Origin: Cyanophora paradoxa CCMP329
Lineage: Eukaryota > Plantae > Glaucophyta
Assembly: GCA_004431415.1 (NCBI GenBank)
Contig: QPMI01000078.1
Location: forward strand, 1-64,000
DNA: 64,000 bases
Direction: 5' to 3'
Position 1 is the first letter of the stretch, and every line of letters begins with the position of its first letter. This document shows, one piece after another, positions 9,856 to 20,864 of the stretch. The notes beneath the pieces were generated by a model. That model worked only from the letters and a program-made list of their open reading frames with translations. It did not search any database and had not been told where the DNA came from. Both the position numbers and the translations under genes were made by a program.

Positions 9856-12800
9856 ATGGCAACCGGACGCGTGTCTCTCGACGTCGACGCCTTCCTGGCC
9901 CGTATGCCCGGGCCCGGGGTACAGCAGATAGATCTGAGCGAGCAGGAGTGCAGCTTTTTCGTTCGATTCCCTCTCGTCGAAGTCCAGAAGGCCTGCAGCC
10001 CGACCCTGGGGACGGCTTTCTGCGTCTTCCACCCGCCCTGCATCACCCCAGCCACTTCTCGGGTGCCGAGGATGAGACGAGCACCGCGGCAGCCTGCGCC
10101 TTTGCAACCAAGTTCGGAGGCTTCACTTTCTCTCGCCCCTTGGATAATGGATTCAAGGCTGCCTACGTCCTACAGAGCCCGGAGGCTTGCGATCTCATGG
10201 CATGGTTCTTTGGGAGCTCGAGCGGCCTGGAGCTCGGTGTGGATGGCACGGGGGGCTACGTTCTGCGGGGGCCGGCGCCCGGGCCGCGAGCGGAGCTCCT
10301 CCCCACTCCATCCAGAAGCTCGGCGCCCGCGCTAAGCCCATCCCGGAGCCGGGCGCTCTCCTGGATTCGAGCCCAAGCCTGCCGGCCTTGGAGCGGCTCC
10401 TGGACCGCCTGCGCAAGAACAAGGCGGTGAGGGACGAGATCTGGAAGGCGGGGCAGAGCTGCGCGCGGACCTTGGCCTGCACGACGCCCGCCGCGTTCAG
10501 CACCTTGGAGTCGAGCCCGACGGGTCCATCACCCTCGTCCTGGGCGGGAGTCAGCCGGGGGCGCCGGCGGCTCGAATCTCCATCCAGGCGCACGGTATTG
10601 AAGTCGAGCTCGAGGGGAGGGGACCGGAGGGGAGTCGGGCAGCGTGGCACAGACCCGCTATGTGACCGATCCCTCGCAGCCTGTCGCCTTCGACATTGCC
10701 CTCCCCTCCCTCCTGATCGCGCTCGAGTCGACGGGCCTGGAGGCTTGCGTCAATGCAGTGGATGAACGCCACCTCTCGTGCAAGATCCTTACCTCCGCAT
10801 TCGGGGCGCTGGAGCAGAACCCGAGATCCGCTCAGCCGCAGGTCGACGTCATCTGCTCGGGACTCAACACGGGGAAGACGCAGGCGCTGATCGATGCGTA
10901 CCTGGACCCGGCCCTTGCAGGCGGCTGGCGAGTGATCCTCGTGACTTGCCGCCGGGCCTTCTCCCGCGACCTCAAGCGTCGCATTGATGCTGCGGAGTTG
11001 TCAAAGGACGCCGTGCTTTACATGGACATCAAGAAGCCACCGGAGAGCTCAAAGGGATCGCATGGCAAGTGGGGCTTCCGCCATGAGGAGTGCAGGTGCG
11101 TCGTCATCACATGGGACTCGCTGCACAAGGTGCTCGAGGACTGGGAGGGCTGGTCGACGGCGCCGCTACTGGTCGTGCTGGACGAGCTCTCCTCCCTCAC
11201 GAAGCACCTCACCTCGAGCGGCACCCTCGAGCCCACCGGCCTGCACCTAGGTATGCGGTCAGTGCCTCGAAACGCGCGCTGCGTGGGCCTATGGCGCGGC
11301 GTGATGAAGGCATCGCGCATCGTGGCGATGGACGGCTTCGTTCGGTCGGTCGATCTCGCGTACCTGGCAGAGTCGGCGCAGGAGGTCGGGGCGCGCCTGG
11401 GGCTCCTGTACAACTCGCATCGCACCTGCGACTGGAAGATGCGCGTGTCAGACAGCCCGGCGCACGTCGAGGCGGACATCATGGCGCTGTGCAGACCGGG
11501 CGCTGCGGGCGATGATCATTGCAGAGACGCCGGCCAAGGCGATCGAGATGCAGGAGAAGATTGCGAAGCAGGCGCTGGAGCAGCTCAGCCTGGGCGGCGC
11601 TCAGTACGTGACTCAGCTCGAGGCAGGGCCCGAGGACGGCAGCGGCGCACCGTTCACGATCGGGCTCATCGTTGGGCAGGCCAAGGAGAAGAGCGTGCGC
11701 TTCACGAACGACGGCCCAGTGCGCATCGTGTCGATCGATGTGTCTGAGGAGGGCGCGTACAAGGCCTGCGACGTGCTCATCGCAACTTCCGCGCTCGGGG
11801 CAGGCGTGGACTTTTCGGACGCGCACTTTGACAAGGTCTACGGCGTGTTCCAGGCAGAGCCCGCGCAGCTGGAGGCGGACGACATCGTGCAGCTGCTGTT
11901 TCGAGTCAGAAGGCTGCGCAAACGCAGCACGCCCGACGGAGAGCACCTGCTCGTCGCCGTGCGCAAGAACCGGACGCCCTCGGTTGCGGTCGGCGCGGCG
12001 GCTGCGCACTGGCGTGAGAGCGACGACGACGAGAGCTCGGACGACATGCAGCGCTACCTGGACCTGAAGGCTAGCCACCGCGGGAGCCGCCGCGCCGGCA
12101 TGCCCACTCGGCGCCTCGCAGTGGCAGCGCGCCTGCGGCTGATGTCGACCTGCGCGCTGATGAACGTGCAAGTCACGGAGGATCAAAACCCGAGCGGACC
12201 GAAGCAGGAGAAGGAGCAGCGGCTGCGCGAGATCAGGAGCGTGCTGGAGGCGGGCGCGCTGGAGCCCGTCGATCTGTGGAGCACGGTGCTGGCCTGGAGG
12301 CAGTCCCGCGAGTCTCTCGCTAAGCTGGACATCGAGAAGGTTGCTTCGCTTGCTCGCACGTCGATCGCCGCGTTCCTGGCCAAGGATCCGAGCGAGCTGA
12401 CCGAAGGAGACGTCGCCTGGATGTGGGATTCGTTCTACTCCATCCCGCTCACTGCCGTGGTCACGCTGGTGCTGAAGCATGGCGCGGACGTTGCCGAGAT
12501 CGTGCCTACTGCTGAGCGCCTCAAGGTATCGAAGGTCGTCGCGCTGTTCAAGAAACTCTTCGGCTGGCGGGGGTATGGAAAGCTCGCGGGGCGTGCTCTG
12601 TGGTCGGACGAAGCCTACGCGGCCCTGGCGTCGCCGGAGGGTCGGGAGGCGTACGCGGCTCTGCAGAGTCTGGACGAGCGCGCGCCCCGCTTCGATGCAG
12701 CGGACGGTGAGAAGAAGCGGCTCTCGCAGCAGTCTTGGCAAGTCATCAAGTACCTGCTGGAGAAGTACCTCGGAGTGAGACGCGCTTTCTCCGACGCGGA

Positions 12801-12972
12801 CGGAGGGCAAATGGGCAGCCGAAAGCGACGCTACATCACGTGGGAGGAAGACATGCTCGACGACGCAGTAGAGCGCCAGGCTAAGCAGGCAAGGGCAGGC
12901 ATGGCGCCAAGCTTCCCAGAGGTTTACAACGTTTTCTCCGACTGCTATGCTCTCATTCACAGGCGCGTGTGA
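9856..12972 (+). CDS. Herpesvirus UL9-like origin-binding SF2 helicase (frameshifts at ~10050, ~10300, ~10450-10640, ~11505)
   Basis: Motif I SGLNTGKT, Ia VILVTCRRAFSRDL, Ib VVITWDSLHKV, II VVLDELSSL, III RIVAMDG, V DVLIATSALGAGVDF and VI QLLFRVRRL. These are colinear with UL9 motifs GSGKT / VSCRRSF / VQVESLHRV / LDEVMS / IIAMDA / QSLGRVR. Confidence 0.88.
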
Positions 12973-13073
12973 TTGTCGGATGTCACAGTGTGGACTTCGC
13001 GAACGGGATGCGCGTGCCAGTGTGTAAATACGAACGTGCGAATTCAAGTGACGTCATGCATATGATCAATGAA

Positions 13074-13757
13074 TGTCTCGACCTTTTGAGATATTAATTT
13101 AAAGATCTGGGAGGGTCGGGACATTGCGAGGGCGGACGAGAGTGAGGGCATGCACTCTCTATGTGTCCCGACCTTTTCTGAACAACTCATGATTGCCGTA
13201 TCATCGATCTGCATTTACTCACTTCGTTCTCTGTCGCTTGCACATGCGCGGTGTGGGATTACTAATTAGATCTAGTCTCCCTAGCCCTCTGCGGCCGCCT
13301 TCCTGCCCCCTGCAAAGAGCAGCTCAACCAAATCCTGTGGGGTCTGATTCATTGCAGACTCGCCTTCCCCGCCTGGGCCTGAGCTACACCAAGCTACGGT
13401 GAGTCCGACCAAGAGACGTGTCCGGACCCTCCCTACTTTCTTTATAGATTATTGGAAAGGTCCGGACACTAGAGGAGGGAGGGCGTACATAAGTAGTCTG
13501 ACCAAGAGACGTGTCCCGACCCTCCCAGATCTTTAAATTAATATCTGAGAGGGTCGAGACACTAGAGGAGGGCGTACATAAGTAGTCTGACCAAGAGACG
13601 TGTCCCGACCCTCCCAGATCTTTAAATTAATATCTGAGAGGGTCGAGACACTAGAGGAGGGCGTACATAAGTAGTCTGACCAAGAGACGTGTCCCGACCC
13701 TCCCAGATCTTTAAATTAATATCTGAGAGGGTCGGGACACTAGAGGAGGGCGTACAA
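13074..13757. repeat. Same palindrome family: one inverted copy (13074-13123) and a tandem array of 89-bp units (13402-13757)
   Basis: ACCAAGAGAC recurs at 13408 (diverged unit), 13501, 13590 and 13679. Each unit holds a GTGTCCCGACCCTC...GAGGGTCGRGACAC hairpin. Confidence 0.92.
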
Positions 13758-14375
13758 CTTAAACTCGCGCAGCGCCGCCTGCTCCTCGCTGAGGTTCTCT
13801 GACTTCATTCGATCGCTGTAGGGCTCGGGCGGAGTTCCAGCCTTCACGTGCATCCAAAATAGATGTAAGCACCGCCGCATGAGCTCGATGTACCTCTCGT
13901 CCCGTCTGACGTACCACGTTTGCACGCGCAGAGGCGTGAAACAGAAAAGTTCGGCCCAGTCGCGGCCCGTTATGTCCAGCAGGCCCTGAAGTTGAGTCAT
14001 GTAATAGGTAGGAACGCTATCGTAAAGTTCGCCCTTGTAAGGGCATTTCACCTCTAAAATCCTATCATTTCCTATCAGTCCGTCGGGGCTCCCGGCGAGG
14101 AACGGCATTTCTTTGTGTTCGTGCAGTCCAGTGTGTTGAATGTCCACGTTATCGTTCAGTGCCTTGTAGATAGAGACCGCGAGGGGCTCGTAGTCGTGCC
14201 CGTAGGTTAGGGCAGGGTTGTCAAAGTTGTTTTCCTCCGCGATCCCGCTCAGCTCCGCCCAGAGGCGGGCCCTGGATTTCCACGGGTTGATGCCGCACGC
14301 GGCGGCAAAGTTCGAGGCGGTTAGCTTTTCGCGGCGCGCAGCGTGCCACGCCGCGCTCCCCTGTTGTAGGTCCAT
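13740..14375 (-). CDS. YqaJ-like viral recombinase / lambda-type exonuclease
   Basis: Motifs QGSAAWHAARREKLTASNF, GHDYEPLA, FLAGSPDGL, LEVKCPY and YYMTQLQGLL. Intact ORF starting MDLQQGS. Confidence 0.93.
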   Translation of the reverse strand: MDLQQGSAAWHAARREKLTASNFAAACGINPWKSRARLWAELSGIAEENNFDNPALTYGHDYEPLAVSIYKALNDNVDIQHTGLHEHKEMPFLAGSPDGLIGNDRILEVKCPYKGELYDSVPTYYMTQLQGLLDITGRDWAELFCFTPLRVQTWYVRRDERYIELMRRCLHLFWMHVKAGTPPEPYSDRMKSENLSEEQAALREFKLYALL

Positions 14376-14427
14376 AGCTCGTAGCCTCGCAGTAGCGTTT
14401 AGAATTTCTCGTTGTGTGCAATTGCAA

Positions 14428-15129
14428 ATGTCGGATGACGAAGATTCGAGCCCGGTCCCGCAGATGGACGAAGATTCGAGCCCCGAAGAGTTCCTGACTC
14501 GCGTTAGGGGCCTGGCCCATTGGATACGAGATAAGTTCAAGGAGGGGATGCGAAATCGGATAGGAACGTCGTCCTTTCCGCTGAGGGGCTAGCCCCTGTT
14601 GCAGCCCAGGGGCTGCGGGATACCGTGAGGCTCGCCCCCCATCCTATGATCGGAACTGGGACTTCAGCAGTGTGCTTACGTCCCTGTACGTGGCGCTGAT
14701 GTCGCCTAGAAGCCGCGTGGCCCGTCTGCCGAACGAGGCCAGATTGAAGATCATGAACTTCTTACTCGCAGGTAGAGACGGGCGCGAAGGCGATGTGATC
14801 AATGGGCTTCGAAATGAGATACAGTGGTACATGCGTACAGGCGAAGGCGGTGTCCGACAGTACGACGGCTCACGGTACACAGAGCTCGAGATTCCACGCG
14901 AGCTCGTACCCCGGAGCTGGCAAGAGCTTCCGCCCGCCCCACCCCCGCCCCCGCCTACGTATCCCCCTTTGACTCGAGGCCCCCCATCAACGAGCGCAAG
15001 CGACTGCGCGACTGGCTGCAGGACGATCGAAACCGTCTGCCGGGTGAGGCAAAGGTCGGCACTATACCCCCAGAGGAGGAGGCGTACCCCGTTTTCGAGA
15101 ACAATCGCCTGACGTGGAGGTGGACGTGA
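14428..15129 (+). CDS. Viral hypothetical protein, paralogue 1 (frameshifted)
   Basis: MSDDEDSSP...EEFLTRVRGLAHWIRDKF...SRVARLPNEARLKIMNFL...ERKRLRDWLQDDRNRLPGEAKV. Confidence 0.6.
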
Positions 15130-15167
15130 TAGGGGGTACGGGTAGATATTCTCAGCGAGCCGCGAGC

Positions 15168-15916
15168 ATGGCGCGGACACGCGAGTCCGACGTGCTGTAC
15201 AACAACGGCCCATCATCGGTGAGATCCTACAGCGGACCGTGGACTTGGACGACGCACAATCCGATCTGCACCGGCGGCGATGGGCGATGGGCCCCGATTC
15301 GGGGAGCGGATCGCCCGGGGAGAACTTTATGGAACGCGTGCTGTACCTCGTGCGCTGGATACGAGATAAGTTTAACGACGATCAAGAGTTTCCAGATCAA
15401 AACACCATCGGCGCAGCACGTTTCATGGGTATGACGATCAATCCACGCAATCATGGCAGGCGAGAACGCAGGGATCTGAACGGCGATTGGGCGGACCTAC
15501 AAGCACTGTGGATGGCCTTTGCGAACCGCAAGAGCCAGATCCTCGCTCTGCCCGCGCGGGTGCAGGAGCGTATCATTGACTTTGTGGCACCGTGGCGCTT
15601 CGAGAGCCTTGACCCGCAGACTGTGCAGCCCGCTTCCTCAGACGACTGCGAAACGCCTTCTACCACCTGGCGCTGAGCGACGGCCAGTACTTCACGCCTC
15701 AGAGAATCGATCACGGTGAATTCGGTATACCCCCGAGTGGGCAAACTTTGGCATGGTACCCCCGCCGCGGCCCTCCTCTACGGCCCCCCCTCCCCCTCAC
15801 CTGAGCAGCGTGAGTCACTCAAGCGTCAGAGGGAGGTACGCGAATGGATGGACGACACCAGTCACTGGGTACAGGGCGAGGCCGAGTTACGCAAGTTCGC
15901 TAGGCTCGGGCAGTAA
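15168..15916 (+). CDS. Viral hypothetical protein, paralogue 2 (frameshifted)
   Basis: SPGENFMERVLYLVRWIRDKF...SQILALPARVQERIIDFV...RQREVREWMDDTSHWVQGEAEL shares three motif blocks with paralogue 1. Confidence 0.6.
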
Positions 15917-16299
15917 CCGCAGGGGGTACAGCATTCAGTTAGAGTCCGAGCCTAGTTAGAGGCCGGGAGGCCCCCGGGGGGTACATTGGACGTGTTAGTC
16001 CCCCTGCCTCCCCGAATGCAATATAACAATGCAACCTCCGCAACGCGTGACTCATCAACCTCCGAGGGTTAACAATGCATTGACAGCGAAGGGGCAAGCT
16101 CGAGAGCTCGACCCTTGGCAAGAGCCCACATATATATAACCCTAGGCCTGGCAATGGGTTAATTTCCTTTCCCCGAACCCGGCTGACGCGCACAGCAAAT
16201 CGGGGATATCAGAGGCCATTTATTCAATATATGCGATTCGCGTTGCAATCGGCTGATCATGAAGATTTTAGTAGAAGAGATCATGATAGAGATCCGCGG

Positions 16300-19200
16300 G
16301 GGGCCGTTACAGACCCATGACCGGGATCCGGAGCTCGAGGAACGTCAAGAAGGTCAATGTGAAGATGCTGATCCCGAAACGCGAGAGGCTCTGCGCGAAA
16401 TATTAAAGCGATCTCATTACACGAGCTCGAGGCTATGTAGCTAACGGCGATCTTAATTTCCCATTTCGGAATTCGAATTCGGACTCTAGATCTTATCCGA
16501 TATGCCACGCCATGATGCATAGCTTAGTAGAGTGATGCAAGGGACGCACGAAAGGTGCTCCCATGGCCAAGCTCGAAGCGCTACTGAGGTAGGGAATGTA
16601 GTTTAGGTAGTATCCGGAGGCGGTCGACGCCACAGGTGTCCACGTAAAAGCCTGCGCATGCGCGCGCGTGCGCACGCAATTACATAGGCCCGTCGACTTC
16701 GTTCGCAATGGATGAATGTCGTCGAGCAAATTAGCAATATACACTAGTACTAGTAGTACTATATACATCTTGGTGTTGATATATCGATCATGGTATGTGC
16801 GCATGCGCACGTTTTTGAAGACAAACGTCGGGTATCCGTCAAGCTCGACGCGAACATTGTACTGCGTAGAATGGCGCGGTCAAGAGACTCTGAGAGCTCG
16901 AGACCTATTTACAGAAGCGATCACGAGCTTTAATTTGCTCTGAGCTCGAGATTCATGATCATGATCGAACCGGCGTATTGACTCGGAAGAGGAGCTGTCG
17001 ATGCCGGCGAGTGGTAATAGCGGACGGGGCTACAGTGCGCAGGAACAAATCAATATTAATATTAGCCATGCGACGGAATAGAGTGCTGAGTGTCAGGATG
17101 CGCACTAAATTCGAGGACTACCCGCGGCCCAGCCGCCGACTGCACGATCGACGCGCGCACGCCCCTGGCTTCCGATTTGGCACCAGCATCGTCTGCAATA
17201 AAGACTTTGATTTCGCCCCCGGCCTGACAGCGTCACAGCGTTAATTATAATTTCGACAAGCTTAAGAGGCCACACCAAGGTGAAGTTGCGATTAACATTG
17301 AACGTTTTAGTGCGCATGTGCACGCGCACGCGGCGCGCAAGCGCACCGCGAGGACCGTCCGAACGGCCTCCACGAGGGCGCCCCCAAGACTAAGGGAAAC
17401 GTTGCTCGATCCATCCTGCACGCGCACGCGCATGATCAATCGATATCGATATCGGGTGGTTCAACGGTTGAAATAGGATGATAGCATGATTCACGAAAAT
17501 CACATGTGCATTGATTTTATAATTAGAGGTATTTACATGGAGAATCTCTCCAACATCATGGCATGCATTTCAAATAGATGGGAACCACAAAGTTCGCTAG
17601 CAAGTTTTTATTTTCGATTTTGTAATTCATTCGATTAACTGTTATAAATTAACGTTGTCTGATAGACTTTGAGTTATGAGAACATTGGGAAGATCACCTG
17701 TTTAGCGTACAGCAACGGGCTTCCGATGTCGAGCGAGTAGACCGCAATGCCATTCTCCTGCATTGCGAAGCAGGAGGTTCGGTCGGGTCCAGCAGTGGAC
17801 AGAGCTAGCTATAGAGTAGAACCACTGCACGTGTACATGTCAAACACTAAAACAAAGTCACGCGCACGATGGACTTCGTTAAAGACGAAACGTTGCGCTG
17901 CGCATACGGGCAATTCAATAACTACTCATGTATGCGGTTCAAAACTCAGACAATCGTTCTGATTAAATTACCGAAAAGCTTTCCACTGATATGCTTTGGG
18001 ATTCGTCCTGCGCATGTAAAGCGGCGGATCCGAATAAGTTGAAGAATCGTAGTGCATATATGCCCGACGTCGACGGTCTTCCATATATTGCAATTGACTT
18101 TCGAATTTCGTAATGCGCCACTGTACATGTACATGTAGCTTGCAATTGTGCATATGCATATGTATATATATATATATTATGTCCATGTAGCGGCAGTTGG
18201 ATAAGGCATACGCAGCGGCGGGCGCACCAAAGCGGAGCTCGAGGCGCTTGCAGCTGGATCCGGAGTCGGGCTGCGCATCCACGCGCACGTGCACGTGCAC
18301 GTGATCATGAGTATTTCGAAAGTGGCAGACAGTGGCCGACCGGGATATATATATCGACGCGATCATGAGAGCGTCACGGCGTACTTATACGCGTACCTCG
18401 CTATCGGGGAGGGTGTCGGCGTCGGAGAGCTCGCAATCAACGGGGTAGAAGACGGGGGCGGGGTTGGAGAGGGGGTGGCGGATGGGCTGGGGCTGGGCGA
18501 CGGGCTGGGGCTGGGCGACGGGCTGGGGCTGGGCGACGGGCTGGGGGTCGGGCAGCTGCCGAGGGCGACCTGACAGAGAGTAATGATGTTGAAGTTGAAC
18601 ATTTGGCTGATCATGGTCATTCAAATCCCGGGCGGGCGCAAAATGCATGCGCGCGTGCACGTCAATTTATATAATTAGGCGGGAGCGCTTGCGGGATATA
18701 TGCATGTATAAATAGGCTCTGGCCCGTGCAAAGTTGCGGGTCGCATGCATATGAGTTATAAACAACATTAGTGTGCGCATTGGGGCCTGCGCATGCATGC
18801 CTGTTGGCCGCCAACTGCAGCTCGTATTGCCCGGCGGAGAGCGCGACGAGGCTCAGCGACGTTGCGTTGCGCCAATTTAACCTGCGCGTGCCGCAGTGCG
18901 TTATAATTAGGGCAAAAACGTCGTTAACGACCCGGCCGCCATAGGCCGGTAATCATGCATATTATTTTCGAGCTCGAGCTTGCAATTGAAATCATTGAAT
19001 TCAGGTTTCATATTATAATTAGCTACAGGGATAAAAGAGAAAACAGGCGCACCAACTACCGGGCGCTTGCGAGAAGAGCGTCACATTGGCATCTTGATCT
19101 GCATGGGGACGATTGCCAAGTTCATTCCAAATTTGTAACGAAGAGGGCCGAAGAGCTCGAGGGCAGTGATCATGAAGGGCGATCGCGAACAGTGAAAGGG

Positions 19201-20094
19201 GACACACAGGGTTTGCAAAAATTCCTTGCCGACCCATATATGCATGAATATTGCCGCATGCACTAGCATCTAGATCTAGATCTAGAGCTCTGTACGTACC
19301 CGCAATGATGAATTGCATGCTTAACGGTGGATTAGGATTCGCGTAACTGACGGAAATGTTGTACATCCCCGAGGCCGGCACAGTGATCCAGTAAAAGTAC
19401 ACATCACCAGCATACACGTCACCTTCGAGCATGCGTAAAAAACATTAAAAACTTGATCATGATCAGCTGTAGTACGTGGCCATATATATATATATATATA
19501 TATATGACGGCGCCGGCGGCTCGCGATCGAGCTCGACCGCGAGCCTCGGCCGCGGAGCGCGCACATATGTTGCACCAGGTTTGGTCAAGCGGGTCGGAAG
19601 TGTCCTCAAAGCACGACAGGGTACCATTGTAGACCTCCGCTTTATTCCTGAATTTGCCGAGGTTGCATCTGGGTGCTATGGTTGAATCGTGCTCTAAGGG
19701 GTTCTGCGCAAATAAAACGTGGTCGCGCGCGCGCCGTCAGAGTTAACATTGCGATCGATATATATACATATATAGCGGTACGCCCGCTATCGTAGTATGG
19801 TGGTGCGCGATCGCTGATCATGAATGCGTATGCGAATTCGAATATTAATGCGGATGCGACCGCGAATTCGGACTTCGGGATTTTTGGAAGCTATACACTA
19901 TAGCTAGCGCTTGCCTTGGTTACATGGCCGGCGACAGGAACGTATTTCGTGTAGTTCCCGCCGTACATGCGCGTGGTCGTGATGCACGTGCCGTCCGTAT
20001 ACGAAGCCGAATACAGCAGCTGGCTCGGGTGGCAGGCTGCGACGAATGCCATGCACATCCCGACGCCGAACAATACACGGAGCGCGTTCGACAT
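16300..20094 (-). CDS. Multi-exon secreted protein with signal peptide, CBM6-like segment and (Ser-Pro)n linker
   Basis: Signal peptide [21 protein letters not shown]; exon [19 protein letters not shown]; (SP)n at ~18400-18560; CGCAG/TGCAG acceptors; AATAAA on the minus strand near 16220. Exon structure only partly reconstructed. Confidence 0.55.
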
Positions 20095-20231
20095 TCCTCA
20101 GGGCCTGCAAAAGCACAAATGCGCCGCGGCGCATACGATGCAAAATGTTGATGCACACTGCGGCCGCAAAACCGCCGGAGCTACTAGGCCCTGAGGCTAG
20201 CACGTAGTGCCACGTACTACGGTTACAGTAC

Positions 20232-20345
20232 GGTGTAGAATCCGGTCCGCATTCCGCATTGACAGGCGGGGTACCGGGCTGCGGAGCGCTAGCGGCCGGG
20301 CTGCGGCCCGGCCCGCGGCGGCCGCCGGCCCGGCCGGGCGCCGCC
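20232..20345 (+). repeat. ~110-bp dispersed direct repeat (second copy 24953-25065)
   Basis: GGTGTAGAATCCGGTCCGCATTCCGCATTGACAGGCGGGGTACC... is near-identical at both sites. Confidence 0.85.
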
Positions 20346-20403
20346 GCGCGCGCGCCGGCCGGGCATGCGCAGGGATGGGAAAATTTTTGGGGGTCCCCCG
20401 AGG

Positions 20404-20856
20404 TAGGGCACTGGCCAGCGGCCCGGCCGAACAGCTGGCTGGCTGGTTTTGGACTTTTAGGCTGGCCCAGCCGCCCGATTTGTTGACCAGCCGGGCCAGC
20501 CTTTTTCGGCTTTATCGGGCAACCAGCCGGTCGGCGACACTGGCTGGGGGGTCGGCTCCAGACGAGGAGTGGGGCTTGAGGGGGTGGCTTGATAAGATCG
20601 ACAGCAAAGATTCTTAACTGTGCACAATAAAACAGTTACAAAAGCGTTTCCAAGACACCGATTTCATTTAAGAACGTGGGCTCTGCGCCTGGTCGGCTGG
20701 CCTAGCCGAGTCTTCGGCTCCTAGCTGGAGGCTGGTTGCCAGCTGGCCGGCCAAGTTTTGGCTGGAAGCTGGCGGCCAGCCCCGGGCCGCTGGCTGGGCT
20801 TCGGCGGCTTGCGCTGGCCCGCTGGCCGAAGGGAGGGCAGGCTGGCCAGTGCCCTA
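20404..20856. mobile_element. Non-autonomous hAT-type MITE
   Basis: 16-bp TIR TAGGGCACTGGCCAGC / GCTGGCCAGTGCCCTA; 8-bp TSD CCCCGAGG at 20396-20403 and 20857-20864; GCTGG subterminal repeats. Confidence 0.92.
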
Positions 20857-20864
20857 CCCCGAGG

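Larger units (their letters stand above)
1..15920. mobile_element. Endogenous DNA virus element (small Nucleocytoviricota-related or Polinton-like virus), right-hand part; left end outside window
   Basis: About 18 tightly packed, mostly intronless ORFs with a shared upstream motif, viral hallmark proteins (DUF5767-like, SSB, UL9-like helicase, YqaJ) and palindromic repeats. It gives way to intron-rich host DNA and TEs after ~16.2 kb. The right boundary is approximate and no TIR or TSD was identified. Confidence 0.85.

Noticed and set aside
11479-13047. 522-aa minus-strand ORF
   Set aside because: It is the antisense shadow of the helicase in high-GC DNA and has no motifs of its own.
13402-13757. 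CRISPR-like array of palindromic repeats next to a nuclease
   Set aside because: The sequence between palindromes is identical from unit to unit (no unique spacers), there are no cas genes, and the nuclease is YqaJ-type.
1-15920. Bacterial prophage or contaminant contig
   Set aside because: The gene set is eukaryotic-virus-like, no Shine-Dalgarno pattern is evident, an intron-bearing gene is embedded, and the flanks are eukaryotic.
15917-16250. Terminal inverted repeat or att site of the viral element
   Set aside because: No partner sequence in this window; the other end is needed to test it.
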